Positions 18,665-30,405 of a stretch of 64,000 nt of DNA are shown here, one piece after another. The position numbers and the translations under genes were made by a program. The stretch is taken from NCBI GenBank assembly GCA_963845755.1, contig CAWJTV010000029.1:192001-256000 (forward strand). The letters are read 5' to 3'. The DNA comes from an uncultured Planctomycetota bacterium. Its GTDB lineage: Bacteria > Planctomycetota > Planctomycetia > Isosphaerales > Isosphaeraceae. The notes under the pieces are model-generated. The model searched no databases. It saw nothing but the letters and a program-made list of their open reading frames with translations, and was not told the DNA's origin. How positions within the stretch are numbered: position 1 is the stretch's first letter; each line of letters opens with the position of its first letter.

Positions 18665-21600
18665 TCAATGCCCCCGGCGCGAGGGGGGATGCGGCTGCGG
18701 GTGCAGCCGGACTTCATTGCCGTTGGCGTCGAAGCACTCGATCATCAGGTGCTCGGCCGGGGAATCCTCGGCGGAGCTGATCTGGATGGACATATTGCAA
18801 TCGACCTCCATCCGGGCGAGCTCCTTCCGCTTGCGGTTGTTCAAGTAGGTGGCGACGCTTGGGCTCACGGCGATCGCGATCCGGCGGATCTCGTCGCGAT
18901 GCGTGGCCAGGGCCAGCAGCCGCATGACGTCGATGGCCATGCTCTCGGCGGTCTTCACGACACCCGCGCCGGAACATTGCGAGCAGTCCTCGTAGATCGA
19001 TCGCTTCAGGCTGGGCCGGATCCGCTGGCGGGTCATCTCGATGAGGCCGAAGGCGCTCATGCGGAGGACCTTGGTCCGGGCGCGGTCGCGCTTGATGGCC
19101 TCGCGCAAGGCGCGCTCGACCCCGCGGCGGTGCCGCTCCTCACGCATATCGATGAAGTCGTTGACGATCACGCCGCCGAGGTCGCGAAGGCGGAGCTGGC
19201 GTGCGATCTCCCGGGCCGCCCGCAGGTTCATCTCGTAGGCGGTCCGCTCGGCGTCATCCTCCACGCGGAAGTTCCCCGAGTTGACGTCGATGGCGACCAG
19301 GGCCTCGGTCTGGTCGATGACGATCGAGCCGCCCTCCGGCAGCGGCACGTGTCGCCGCTGGATCTTGGAGATCTCGTCCTCGATGCCATACTTGTGGAAC
19401 AGGGGCACCTTCTCGTCGTAGAGCTTCAGCCGGTTGACGAACCGGGGCATGACGACGCGGAGGAAGTCCTGCGCCCGCTCGAACGCCGAGGGCTCGTCGA
19501 TCCAGATCGTGTCGATCTCCGAGGTGAAGATGTCGCGGATCGTCCGGATGATCATGTCCGATTCCTGGTAGATCGGCGTGGGTGCGCGGGACTTCTTGAT
19601 GCGGCGGAGGATCACCTTCCAGAGCCGCAGCAGGTAGGCCAGGTCGCGGGCCAGCTCGCGCTTGGTCCGCTCCAGTCCGGCGGTCCGGACGATGAAGCCC
19701 AGGCCCTTGGGGGGATTGAGCTCGAGCATGATCTCGCGGAGCTTGCGGCGCTGGCCCTCGTCGACGATCTTGCGCGAGACGCCGACGCGGTTGAGGCCGG
19801 GCATCAGCACGAGGTATCGGCCGGGGATGCTGATGTAGGTCGACAGGGTCGGACCCTTGGTGCCGATGCTCTCCTTGATGACCTGGATGAGGACCTCATC
19901 ACCGCGCCGGAAGATCTCCTGGATGGGCGGTTTGATCGGGCCACGGGTTCGACCGGGACGCCCGCCGCGGGCCGGCTCCTCGCCGGCTCGGGTCCGCGGT
20001 TCCGGGCCGCCGCGCAGGCCCATTTCGCGCTCGAGCTCCTCGATTTCCTCGATCTCCTTGCGGATCTCCTGCTCGAGCTCGGCGTCGATCTCCTCTTCGA
20101 CCACCGGCCGGGGCTCGTCGAGGACGAACTCCTCGTCTTCGAGCGTGTCGTGGCCGGCGCCGGCCATCTCTTCCAGGTCGAGGTCGTCGAAGTCGCCGAG
20201 CGATTGGGCGTCCGGACGCGTGCCACGCGCGAAGGGTCGCGTGGTCTCCTCGAGGGGAAAGTCTTCGAAGTCCGCCTCGAGCTCCTCCGGCTCCGAGAGT
20301 GATGACGCCTCGAACTGGCCCGGCTCACGGTCGTGATCCCGACGCCGGCCGCGTCGTCGGCGTCGTCTGCGTCCTTCGGGGCGGGCCGCGGCAGGTCCGG
20401 GGGACGCCTCGTCCTCCAACAGGTTCACTTCCTCATCGGGTGCGATGTCCGAGGGGCGACCGCCCGGGGTGTCCTCGAGCAGGTGTTCGGCCTCGCGCTC
20501 CGGCCACTCGGTATCGGGCGGAAAGAGTTCCGATCCGAACGTGGAATCGCCCGAGCGCAACCGTTCCCGGCGGGGGACGTAGCCCGGCTCGCCGGCGCGG
20601 GCGTGAGACCGCGGGCGTTCCCGGTCGCGGTCACGGGGCTGGTCGCGTTCCGGCTCGCGATCGCGACCGGGCACGATGGTCTCGGGACCACGACGGCGCT
20701 CGGACTCGTAGGGGCGATCGATGCTCGGCTCCGGAGTCGGTGGCGTCTCGGGCGGCCGATCCCAATCGCCGCCGCGGGAACGGATCGCCGCGCGCCCGCC
20801 GCGGCGGCGCTGCGGTTCCTCGAACCGCGGGATGTCTTCGAACTCCGGTTCACTGCGCGAGGGTTCGGCAGGCGGGGCGGCCCCGGGCTCGGGGACAAGG
20901 TGCTCCCCTCGTTCGGGTCCTGGTGCGGGACGCCCGCGACCAGGCCCAGTCGGCGTCCGGCCTCGGCTACGTCCCCGTCTTGGCTCCCGGCTGCCGAACG
21001 ACTCGATCTCCGGCTCCGGCAACCCGGGTTCCGGGCGATCCCGAGGCTCGCGCTCGGGCGGGAAGGCTGGCGGCACCCGATGGCGGGTGCGCTCGGAACC
21101 TTCCAGATCAGCCGGCCGATCCCGGTCGGACGAGGAACGGGAACGATGCGTGCGGCTGGGAGGTAGGTCGGGATCGAACGGCTCTTCCAGGTCGCGTTCC
21201 GGGGCCAGGAGCTCCGGCGGCTCGTCGTGCCGAGATTCCCGCTCGGACTGCCAGCCGATTCCCTCGTCCCAGCCCCGCTCGGGTGGCGAAGACCAGGTGT
21301 CTGGCTCCGACGGCTCGGACACCCTCGTGTCGATGTCTTCCGGCTCGTGCAAGCGCGCGGGCTCCGGCGGTGGCTCGGCGGGGGGGAGCTGGGTCTCCCA
21401 GTCGGGATCCTGGTCCGCCAACCCCTCGCCGAACCGCCGAGGTCGCTCCGAGCGATCGCGCCGGCCGCGGATCGACTGGTCGGGACGCTCGCGTTCGCGC
21501 CCCCTGTCGCGGTCGCGGTCGCGATCCCGATCGCGGGGCCGTTCCTCGCCTCGCGGAGGCGGACCGGGGAACGTCGGCGGAATGTCGCCGTGTTCGGCGG

Positions 21601-21963
21601 AGGGCCCCGGACGTCGTTCTTCCCGGCGCGGCCCGGCTCGCGGCGCGGCTCGCGCTTCCGGCCTCGCTCACGGTCTCGACCCCGCGTCCTCGTCTCCGGC
21701 TCTTCGTCACCCGGCGGGTGGCGATGGAAATACTGGGGCTCGACGTCCGAGACGTGCAGGAAGCCATTGCGGCCGACCGAGAAGTCGACGAACGCCGCCT
21801 GGATGGCCGGCTCGAGGTTGACGATCTTCCCCTTGTAAATGTTGCCCGTATAGCTCTCGTGGCTGGTCCGTTCGACGTACAACTCCTCGAGAACACCGTC
21901 TTCCACGATGGCGATGCGGCATTCTTCGGGCTGGAGCACGTTGATCAGCATTTCTTTCTTCAT
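18665..21963 (-). CDS. rne: Ribonuclease E/G family with long low-complexity insert in the S1 domain (frameshift near 21500)
   Basis: MKKEMLINV..GNIYKGKIVNLEPAIQAAFVDF..GFLH; QVIKE..GTKG, AIDVNSG, LRDLGGVIVNDFIDM. Confidence 0.92.
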
Positions 21964-22041
21964 GCGGTGTCTTTCCGGGACTTGCGCCGAGATCTCGGCG
22001 TCGATGGTCGATAAGGAATCTGTCCGGGTCCATGGAGGGTG

Positions 22042-22732
22042 TCAGGAACGCGCCGCGGCTTGCGAATCAGGCAGCCCGGCTGGTTGAAATTCGGTTTCCA
22101 GATCCACATCAGTGCGAACGAGGACGGCCCCTTCAGCCAGTGAATCGCGGAGGCTGAGGGCCTCGAGCAGTTCCTCCGGCCGGGCCGAGCCATCGGAGGC
22201 CACGGCGAGGCGGAAGCGGAGCAAACCCTCGTCCGTCAACTCGGCCCGGACGAGCTGCGCGGCGCAGGTCGAAGACCTGCTCACGGTCCCGCCGGCGCCG
22301 GATATGGGGCCAGGTCTTGGCGGAGAGCAAGGCATCCAGAGCGGCCCGAACCTGGCCGAGGCGCCCGCCGGCCACCGGGACTTCGTACTCGACCGAGCGC
22401 GGCCGCGGCGCGGCTGCATCGGACGGCAGTAACCGCGCCTCGACCCAGTTGAATCCCGGCGGCGCAACGGCCGTGAGCCGCTCCAGGACCTGGGATGGCT
22501 CCCACGGCTCCAGGAGCTCGAGATCCACGATCTCGCGCCGAGCCTCGATCCCCAATCCCAGGGCCAGGCCGAAGGTCATCTTCGGCCGCGGGTTGAAGCC
22601 TTGAGTCACGGCGATCGGCACGTGCGCGCGGCGGATCATCCGCTCGAGGCAGCGCAGGAGGTCCAGATGGCTGACGAATCGAAGGTCTCCGCATTTGGCG
22701 AAGCGGAGACGCACCTTGGTGGCTCTTGTCAT
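22042..22732 (-). CDS. TIGR03936 / DUF2344 radical SAM-linked protein (frameshift near 22260)
   Basis: RLRFAK.GDLRFVSHLDL.R..ER..RRA, QGFNPRPK, C-terminal GSARPEELL. Confidence 0.88.
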
Positions 22733-23082
22733 ATTCGGCGGCCGCGCGGGCCGCTCCGAATCCATCGCGACGGATGGGGGATAACCGGCCGATTCGGGCG
22801 CCGGCCTCCTCATCATCCTCTGAGCTCTTGAGAAAGGCGTCTCGGGTGGCAGACCGCCGGGATTGCTCCGCGGGGCCGAGTGGGCAGGGCCCGTCGGCGG
22901 CCGGCGAAGCAGGGAACCCGTTCGGAAGGGCTCGCCACGAGTCGCACGTAGAATTTGGCTCAATGCCGTTTGGTCTTACGCAAGGCGGCACTCGATCGTC
23001 TGGCTGTCGCACGGCTGTCTCGGACGATCGGCCGAGCCGATCCAATCCGGGACGCAGAGAGGGACCCGCCCGACCAGGGCCA

Positions 23083-24849
23083 TTAACCGATGTCCGGCGG
23101 CATGACGGGCGGCTCCGGCAAGAACCGGCGCAACGCCGCCTCGAGCCGCTCGGCCACCTCGTGCGCCGTCTCCAGGCCCAGCACCTCGGCGGCCACTTCT
23201 TCCGCATCCCGGAGCCGGATCTCGCGGATGACCCGCTTGATCTCAGGCAACTGGTGCGGGGGCATGCTCAATTGGCGGATCCCGAGGCCCAGCAGGAGCA
23301 TCGTGTAGAGCGGCTCGCCACCCATCGTCCCGCAGACGGTGGCCGCGATCCCGCCGTTGCGGGCGGCTTCGACCACCATGGCAATGAGGCGGAGTACGGC
23401 AGGATCGGCGGCACAATACAGATTGGCGACGGTCTCGTTGGTCCGGTCAACGGCCAGAGTGTACTGGATCAGGTCATTCGTTCCGATGGAGAAGAAATCC
23501 ACCTCCTTCGCCAGATGATCGGCAATCAGAGCGGCGGCCGGTACTTCCACCATGACGCCGACCGGCAGTTTTTCGGGGATAGGCTGGCCCTCGGCCCTCA
23601 GCTCGGCGGCCACCTGATTGAGGATGGCCCGTGCGGCTCGCAATTCCGAGAGGGTCGTCACCAGTGGAAACAGGATCTGGACCGGGCCCAGCACGCTGGC
23701 GCGCAACACGGCCCGGAGTTGCGTTCGGAACAGCTCCGGCTCGCGGAGCGACAATCGGAGACTCCGTAGTCCCAGGGCCGGGTTGGGTTCGATGGAGCCG
23801 GTCTGGCGGTAGCCGACGAGCTTGTCGGCGCCCAGGTCCAGGGTGCGGATCGTGATCGGACGGCCGCCCAGCGACCGGACGACTCGGGCATACACCTCGA
23901 ACTGCTGATCTTCGCCCGGGGGCGCCTGGGCGTTCAAGAAGAGGAACTCGGTGCGAAACAACCCAACGCCCGCGGCCCCGCGCTCCAGACACGCGGCGAC
24001 CTCGTCGCCGAACTCGATATTGCCCCACAGCTCGATCCGGCAGCCGTCGCGGGTCTCGGCAGGCCGGTCGGCCTGGCTCGCCAGCACCTGGAACCGTGCC
24101 GATCGCTCCGCGGCCATCTGCCGATAGCGCCGCTGGGTCGGCTCATCGGGGTCGAGGATCAGCAAGCCCCGGTCGCCGTCGACGATGGCCAGGTGGCACG
24201 GTCGGGCGCGATCGAGGAACGGCCCCAGCCCGGCCACAGCGGGGATCTCCAGCGCGGCGGCCACGATGGCCGTGTGGCTGGACCGGCCGCCCACTTCGGT
24301 GGCGAAGCCGGGTACTTGCCGGGAGTCCAGTCCCGCGGCCTCGCTCGGCGTCAGGTCATGCGCCAGCACGATGGCGGGCGCGGCGAGCTCGTTGGGCAAC
24401 GGGTCGTGCCGCTCTCCCATCAGGTGGCCGAGGATTCGGGCCTGGATGTCGCGAAGATCGACGGCGCGGGCGGCGAAGTGCGACGCGCCCATCCGTTCCA
24501 ACCGCGAGGCGTACGCCTCCAGGACCTCGGCCACGGCGTGCTCGGCCGGGATCCCTTCCTGCTCGATGAGCTGGCGGGTCTCGTGCCGGAGGGTCGGGTC
24601 GGCGATCATGCGGCTGTGGGCCCCCAGGATCTCGGCATACTGCGGCCCCAGTCGGTTGCGAACCTCGACCTCATCGCGGTCGGCCCCGGCTCGCGCGGCC
24701 TCCAGGCCCCGATCCAGCCGCTCCCGCTCGCTGGCGAGGGCTCCCTCGGCGATCGAGCGGGGCGGTAGGTGCCAACCGCGCGGGTCCAGCACAACCACCG
24801 GGCCCAGGGCGATCCCCGGGCTGATCGCGATCCCACGCAGGACCTGCAT
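23083..24849 (-). CDS. ptsI: PEP-protein phosphotransferase (PTS enzyme I)
   Basis: GG.SSHTAIVA, GVGLFRTEFLF, SIGTNDLIQY. Confidence 0.95.
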   Translation of the reverse strand: MQVLRGIAISPGIALGPVVVLDPRGWHLPPRSIAEGALASERERLDRGLEAARAGADRDEVEVRNRLGPQYAEILGAHSRMIADPTLRHETRQLIEQEGIPAEHAVAEVLEAYASRLERMGASHFAARAVDLRDIQARILGHLMGERHDPLPNELAAPAIVLAHDLTPSEAAGLDSRQVPGFATEVGGRSSHTAIVAAALEIPAVAGLGPFLDRARPCHLAIVDGDRGLLILDPDEPTQRRYRQMAAERSARFQVLASQADRPAETRDGCRIELWGNIEFGDEVAACLERGAAGVGLFRTEFLFLNAQAPPGEDQQFEVYARVVRSLGGRPITIRTLDLGADKLVGYRQTGSIEPNPALGLRSLRLSLREPELFRTQLRAVLRASVLGPVQILFPLVTTLSELRAARAILNQVAAELRAEGQPIPEKLPVGVMVEVPAAALIADHLAKEVDFFSIGTNDLIQYTLAVDRTNETVANLYCAADPAVLRLIAMVVEAARNGGIAATVCGTMGGEPLYTMLLLGLGIRQLSMPPHQLPEIKRVIREIRLRDAEEVAAEVLGLETAHEVAERLEAALRRFLPEPPVMPPDIG

Positions 24850-25010
24850 CGGCCGCGTGGGGAACGTCCCGGTTGAATTGGCTTTGACCGAACTCCGCAT
24901 GTCGGGATTTCCAGGAAAGAGGCGAGTCGACCAGTTGCCACCCTGCGCCGGCTGCCCGCGACCCGATGGCGACCGGCCTCCGTGGCTTGCCGGTCAGGTG
25001 AGTGCGTCTC

Positions 25011-25350
25011 TCACCCTCGCTGGGACGGCTCCGTACCCGGTTGTGCCTCGAGCGGCTGGCCATTCTCGTCCTCGTAAAACCGGGCCGAGGCCAGAGCAGC
25101 CAGCGCCGCGACGGCCTCCTCCGCGTCGGGCCCTCGGGCCTCCAATTCCAGGCGCGACCCGCACTCGGCGGCCATCATCGTCAAACCCAGGAAGCCCTTG
25201 CCGTCAACCTCATTGCCATTGAACCGGACCCGGATGTCCGCCTGGAACCGTGAGGCCAGCTCCACAAATTTCTGGGCGGGCCGGAAGTGCAGGCCGAGAC
25301 TGTTCGAGATCTCGATCCAGCGCCTGGGCGACAGTCGTATCTTGGCTCAT
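25011..25350 (-). CDS. ptsH: HPr phosphocarrier (frameshift near 25325)
   Basis: N.LGLHFRPA in the corrected frame, VDGKGFLGL, GPDAEEA. Confidence 0.88.
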
Positions 25351-25585
25351 CGGCGGCTCGATCGGAGTGGGCCGGGGACAAGCGACCGCCGGGCTCCCTT
25401 GGAAGCCCCCGCGGCCCGGATCGTCTTCGCGTTCCATGGTGAGGGCTCCCACCAAGAATCCCTCTGGCCGACGGCTCACCCCCGGCGACAGCACGAGGGA
25501 TGCGACCCGTCGGAGTCCGGATGGCCCTGGTCCGCCCCGGATCCGACCGCCGTCGCATCCGCCATTGGGGCACCGGGCTGAACCC

Positions 25586-26056
25586 TCATGCCGACCCGTG
25601 GTCGGCCTCCTCCAGGACATTGATGACGTTCTCGCGCGTCTGAGCCTGGCGCAAGAAGCTGACAAAACGTTCGTCCTTCAGGTGTCGGGAGATATTCTCC
25701 AACGCCCGGAGATGGTCGCCGGGCTGATTCTGAGGCGAGACGAGTAAGAAGAAGATATCGACCGGCTCGCCATCCAAGGCCGCGAAATCGACGCCGCGTC
25801 GCGAGAGGGCAACCGTCCCGATCAACCGCTGGAGCGTCGGATGCCGAGTATGCGGGACCGCAACCCCCTGGCCGATGCCCGTCGAGCCGAGTTCCTCGCG
25901 ACCGAGAATCGCCCGGATCACACTCTCCACATCGTTCTCGCTCAGCCGGCCGGCATGGTGAAGGCTCCCCACCATCTCGCGGATTGCCTCCTCCTTGGCC
26001 ATAGCCTGCAAGTCGACAACGATCGCCTCTCGTACCACGAAATCCAAGAGCTTCAT
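25586..26056 (-). CDS. ptsN: PTS EIIA (fructose/nitrogen type)
   Basis: REELGSTGIGQGVAVPH, DFAALDGEPV. Confidence 0.9.
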   Translation of the reverse strand: MKLLDFVVREAIVVDLQAMAKEEAIREMVGSLHHAGRLSENDVESVIRAILGREELGSTGIGQGVAVPHTRHPTLQRLIGTVALSRRGVDFAALDGEPVDIFFLLVSPQNQPGDHLRALENISRHLKDERFVSFLRQAQTRENVINVLEEADHGSA

Positions 26057-26222
26057 CCGCCCCTCCATCGACGGGCCGACCTGCCGACGGTTGACTTTCC
26101 GGCGCCCTGGCCCCGGCGCGGTCCACTCCAAACAACGATTCGCTCGCCTCAATAACGGGACGACCGCCGTTGCCCCGGCTTGCCACTGCCGTGACGTGAT
26201 GGGGTCCGAGCCTATGCCCCAG

Positions 26223-26605
26223 TCAGACCTCGTCGCGATCGCTACCGGTCTCCTCAGGAGACAGCGGAGACTCTAATTCTTCAAACAATGAACCGCCCAG
26301 GGTTGCATCACCTTTGTGCTTCTGCACCCGCTCTTTGTAGCGCCGGAGCTGATGTTCGATTTTGTGGACACAAGCATCCATAGCCGCTTCTGGCGTCGAG
26401 CCCGATTCGCGGGCCACAAAGTCGTGCTTGTGTTCCGCCGAGACCAGGATCTCGATATCCCAGGCATGCTTGACGTGGTCCACTGCGACTTCGATCGCCA
26501 TGAGTTGAACCGAAATATTTCAGCAGTTTCTCGGCCTTATCATGCAAGTAGCGGTGTTGGTCGGCGTCCAATCCAGCATGGCGCAGTCGAAATCTCGATT
26601 TGCAC
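26223..26605 (-). CDS. hpf: Ribosome hibernation factor HPF/RaiA (frameshifted)
   Basis: VQIEIS..., KAEKLLKYF, KIEHQLRRYKE; classic position upstream of ptsN. Confidence 0.85.
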
Positions 26606-26879
26606 CCAGAGGCTCCTAGCTAAGTCAACCGGTCACCCTCGCCGTCACAGACAAGGGCGACTACTAAAAATAACCCCATTCCCACCAACCGGTCAAGACC
26701 GCTCCGCCTCGAAGGCCAGCGACCCGCGGCTACTCCTCAGTTGCAACGTCCACAGAATGAACACGTTTCGGAGGGTGCTATCTCGCCGGACAGCCATCTC
26801 GCACGCGGGGCGGGCCGACACGCCTTCTCCCAACCATCAAACGGCGACCGGCGCAAGCAATGGCTTAATTTGACGCCTT

Positions 26880-27339
26880 TTAGGGATCGCCGACGGGGGG
26901 GATTCCACGTTTTATGACCCGCTGGGAAACTGGCTGATCTTGGCTTTCAGCGTGTCCGGTCGAGCCGGGGTAACGCCGTTCCAGGTCGCTCAGGAAGCGG
27001 TCGATCTGCTCCATCCCCTTGCGATGTACCCTGGGGAATCGGCGACGAAGCCAAGCTTCCACCTTGCCAAAGCCCTCGGGCCAGAGGATCAACCCGCCGG
27101 CGACCAGGGCCGGGACACCCGGACCCGGGAGGACGAAGCCGACGACGCCCGCCGAGAGGAGCATGACTCCCAGTTCTTTCGGCGGCTTCCGCGCGGACCC
27201 GGCCAGGGCTTTCGTTTCGGTCGAACAAATCCGGTGCGGTCGCAAGGGTCGCCGGGGCTAGACCGGCCGGCACCGCCTCAACAGGACAAGCCTCCGCCCC
27301 TACCGCTTCCGGCAATCCGTCCGAGTTCGTGTCCGACAT
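26880..27339 (-). CDS. Small membrane protein, PGP-hairpin paralog A (frameshift near 27190)
   Basis: GGAGG RBS, PKELGVMLL..G..G..LPGP, RFLSDLERRYP. Confidence 0.75.
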
Positions 27340-27377
27340 CGATACCTCCGTTCGCCTCACGCATCCGCCCCGATCGA

Positions 27378-27785
27378 TCAGCCCAAGGACGTCGTCTCAT
27401 GCACCGATCCCGGGTAACGCCGCTCCAGGTCGGATAAGAAGTGCTCGATCTGCCGGATGCCGGTATCATACATCCTGGGAGCGACCTTCATCATCCAATG
27501 CTCCACCTTCTGGAAGGCCGAGGGCCAGAGGGCCAGTCCACCCGCGACGAGGAACGGCGACCCGACGGGGCCGGGCAGCAGCACCCCTGCGGTCCCGACG
27601 ACGATCAAGAGCACGCCGATCTCCGGGGGCAGTTTCTGCAACCGCGGTTCGGCCTGGAGGGCCGGCTCTTCACCCCCTGCTCGATCGTCGGCCCGCGACG
27701 ACTGCTCCTCGGATCGTTTGGGATATCGTCTGGAGAAATCGCTCCGGAATCGCTCGATCGCCCAACATGCGGGTGCGTTCTTCAT
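27378..27785 (-). CDS. Small membrane protein, PGP-hairpin paralog B
   Basis: LPPEIGVLL...G..G.LLPGP, HFLSDLERRYP. Confidence 0.8.
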   Translation of the reverse strand: MKNAPACWAIERFRSDFSRRYPKRSEEQSSRADDRAGGEEPALQAEPRLQKLPPEIGVLLIVVGTAGVLLPGPVGSPFLVAGGLALWPSAFQKVEHWMMKVAPRMYDTGIRQIEHFLSDLERRYPGSVHETTSLG

Positions 27786-28158
27786 AACCTGTCCTACCTC
27801 TCACAATGACCCTAACCTTTAATCGGAAGCCGGGTGAATGACGCGGCGCCAGGGCCCTTCCGCGGGAAGAAGCAGAGTGTGACCCATGATAACAGATTAT
27901 CTCCGCAAGTGCGGGGCCGATCGACGATTCCTGCCGTGGTGAATGTATAATTAGGATCGCCGCGGTTCTATGGATCGGGGAGCCGTGAATCCGTTCGGCT
28001 CATGGACAGTTGTTTGCCATGTGGTGGACAAGGCAGCACTCAACGTGCGGAGTACTGGGGCCCCGCTCGCTGGAGAGCAGCGAGCGTGCCGGGATGCGAA
28101 CGCGTCCCATAGGGGGAACGAGGCACGGCGGCGAATCGAATCGGACGGGGAAGCGATC

Positions 28159-29331
28159 ATGATCGAACAAGCGGGTCATGGGGGAGGTGCCGAGTTCCAG
28201 GTGGTCGTGATGGGATCCGGGCCGGTGGGAAAGACCTCGCTCATCAATGCGATGCTCGGCCGCTCAGTGGGCGAGACCGGGGCCACGATGGGTACGACCC
28301 GCGGCGGCCAGGTGCACACCCATGTGGTCGAGGGAGTGGAAGGGGCATTGTTTTTGACGGATACTCCCGGTCTCGGCGAGGCCGGCCCCGAGGGCTCGGC
28401 ACGCGAGGTCGAGTCGATCAACCTGGCGAACCGAGCCGATCTGCTGGTTTTCGTCGTCGATCACGACCTGACCCGGGCCGATTGCCGGACCGTGATGGAG
28501 TTGGTGCGGCGGGGCAAGCGATTGATCGTAGCCCTGAACAAGAAAGACCGCTTCACCGAGGAGGATCGCGAGGCCATCCTGACCAAGCTTCACGAGCGGC
28601 TGGGGGGCTTCGTCCCGGTCGAGGACATCGTGGCCGTCGCCGCCAAACCGGCCCCTGTTCCGGTCCGTATCCGCAGGCCCGATGGGGCGACGGAGACCGT
28701 GCTGGAAGAAGAGCTGCCGGATCTGGAGAACCTGGAAGGTCGGGTGGCGGCGGTGCTCGCACGCGAGGGGGACGCTCTCCGCGCCGGCAATCTCCTGCTT
28801 CGCGCCCGGATGCGTGAGCAGGCCGAACGGGACCGGATCGCCCGGCAACGGCGTGCGAAGGCCGGGACGATCATGGATCGACACCAGTGGCTCGCGGCGG
28901 TGACCGCATTCGCCAACCCGGTCCTCGCGCTGGGCCCGATGGCCGTCGGTGCCGTGCAGCTCCGGATGCTCAGCGAGATGGCCGCCGTCTATGATGTGCA
29001 GCTTTCGTCGGAGTTCGTCGAGAAAGTCGGGCATCAGATGGCCCAGACCCTCTTGAAGCTGGGAGTCGCCGAGGCGGCGGCCAGCGTGCTGGCCGGCTTC
29101 TTCAAGTTCAACCCGCTGGGTTTCGCGGCCGGTGGCATCGTCCAGGCCGTGACGATGGCCTATCTCACCCGCCTGGCCGGTGCCTCGTTCCTGGAATACC
29201 TGGAGCAAGGCCAAACCTGGGGCGAAGGCGGTATGCAAGCGATGCTGTCGCGCCAACTCGAGGAAACCCGTCGGTCGGAGTGGCTCCTGCAGTTCGCCAA
29301 GATGGCGATCCAGCGCCTGTTGCGGCGGTGA
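28159..29331 (+). CDS. Era-like GTPase with C-terminal DUF697 (YcjF-like) membrane domain
   Basis: G1 GSGPVGKTS, G3 DTPG, G4 NKKD; hydrophobic C-terminal helices. Confidence 0.85.
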   Translation: MIEQAGHGGGAEFQVVVMGSGPVGKTSLINAMLGRSVGETGATMGTTRGGQVHTHVVEGVEGALFLTDTPGLGEAGPEGSAREVESINLANRADLLVFVVDHDLTRADCRTVMELVRRGKRLIVALNKKDRFTEEDREAILTKLHERLGGFVPVEDIVAVAAKPAPVPVRIRRPDGATETVLEEELPDLENLEGRVAAVLAREGDALRAGNLLLRARMREQAERDRIARQRRAKAGTIMDRHQWLAAVTAFANPVLALGPMAVGAVQLRMLSEMAAVYDVQLSSEFVEKVGHQMAQTLLKLGVAEAAASVLAGFFKFNPLGFAAGGIVQAVTMAYLTRLAGASFLEYLEQGQTWGEGGMQAMLSRQLEETRRSEWLLQFAKMAIQRLLRR

Positions 29332-29446
29332 GGCGGTTCCGGGACGATGCCGACCCGGTCGCCCGGCGGCTCCGGAGTCGAATCCGCCACGCATCTCTGA
29401 GGCCCCGCCCGGTCCCTCGCCAGGTGCCGCGGGGAGACGGTTCTTG

Positions 29447-29938
29447 TCACCGCCCGCGACGCGCCGGCCGAATCGCGATGTCTCGCGGCAACGAATCGGG
29501 ATAGCGCCTGGCCAGGTCCAATCGGAATTGAGTCACGAGACCAACCAGGACGCGGAAGACCCTGGGAAACCGTCGCGCCAGGGGGGCGCCAGATTGCTCG
29601 ATCAGTCTCGGCCGAAGGGCGACGACTCCCAGCAGGATGAACGAAAACCCGGGGGGAATGGGACCGGGGATCACGACGCCGAACGTCCCGAGGACGAGCA
29701 GCGTGACCCCCAACTCCTTGGGAAGTCCGTCGAGTTGGCGGGCAAGCTCCAGGTGTAGCGGCGGAGTCGGAGGTCCGCTCGAGGGCTTGACCACAGGGAT
29801 CAACCGACCTGAAGGAGGGGTGGACGATTGAGTCGCCGACTGAAGATGGGGCACATCAATCTCCTCATTGCGTCGAATTCCTCGAAGAGACGCGGTGTCG
29901 AGGATCGACGAAGTCCCATCCTCGCCACCCTGCGGCAA
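29447..29938 (-). CDS. Small membrane protein, PGP-hairpin paralog C (start uncertain)
   Basis: LPKELGVTLL..G..G..IPGP, FRLDLARRYP. Confidence 0.75.
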   Translation of the reverse strand: MPQGGEDGTSSILDTASLRGIRRNEEIDVPHLQSATQSSTPPSGRLIPVVKPSSGPPTPPLHLELARQLDGLPKELGVTLLVLGTFGVVIPGPIPPGFSFILLGVVALRPRLIEQSGAPLARRFPRVFRVLVGLVTQFRLDLARRYPDSLPRDIAIRPARRGR

Positions 29939-30405
29939 CCTATCTCCCTCGGCAGAGAAGGTTTTGTAAAGTCCGCGCCCGGTTCGAACACTCAGTATGG
30001 ACTGGCCCCGGTCGCATTACCAGCTCTTCGTTCGCATAGTCGATGAAAGGAATGAAGTGGGTGGTCAACGAGTGGTACTCTGATAGGCTTATGCGAATGC
30101 GGGCGGAACCACCGGCGCGTTCCTGCACGGCAACGTCAACATCGGCTTCGAGACGCTGTCGTCCCCGTCGCTAGGTCCGAGAGAGAGATGCACTCTATCC
30201 CAAGAACGACCTGATGATCAGCAGCGTCTTGATGCTCCAGATCCAGGGCGAGACGGCTCTTGATCTTGTCGAAATCCTTGGCGCCGCGGGTCCCGGCGAC
30301 CATGCCGCCGCGAGGAACCGCAGCTCCGGCCTCGTCACTCGCTTCGCTATTCGCTCGTTCTGGCGCGAACCTTGGGAAAACTCCCGCCGGTACCGTCTCG
30401 CGCGC

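Noticed and set aside
18590..22014. Long plus-strand ORFs (570 and 571 aa) and similar antisense ORFs elsewhere (e.g. 3557-4903, 40304-42055, 52212-53513)
   Set aside because: Shadow ORFs opposite real genes, expected from high GC and codon bias; no motifs.
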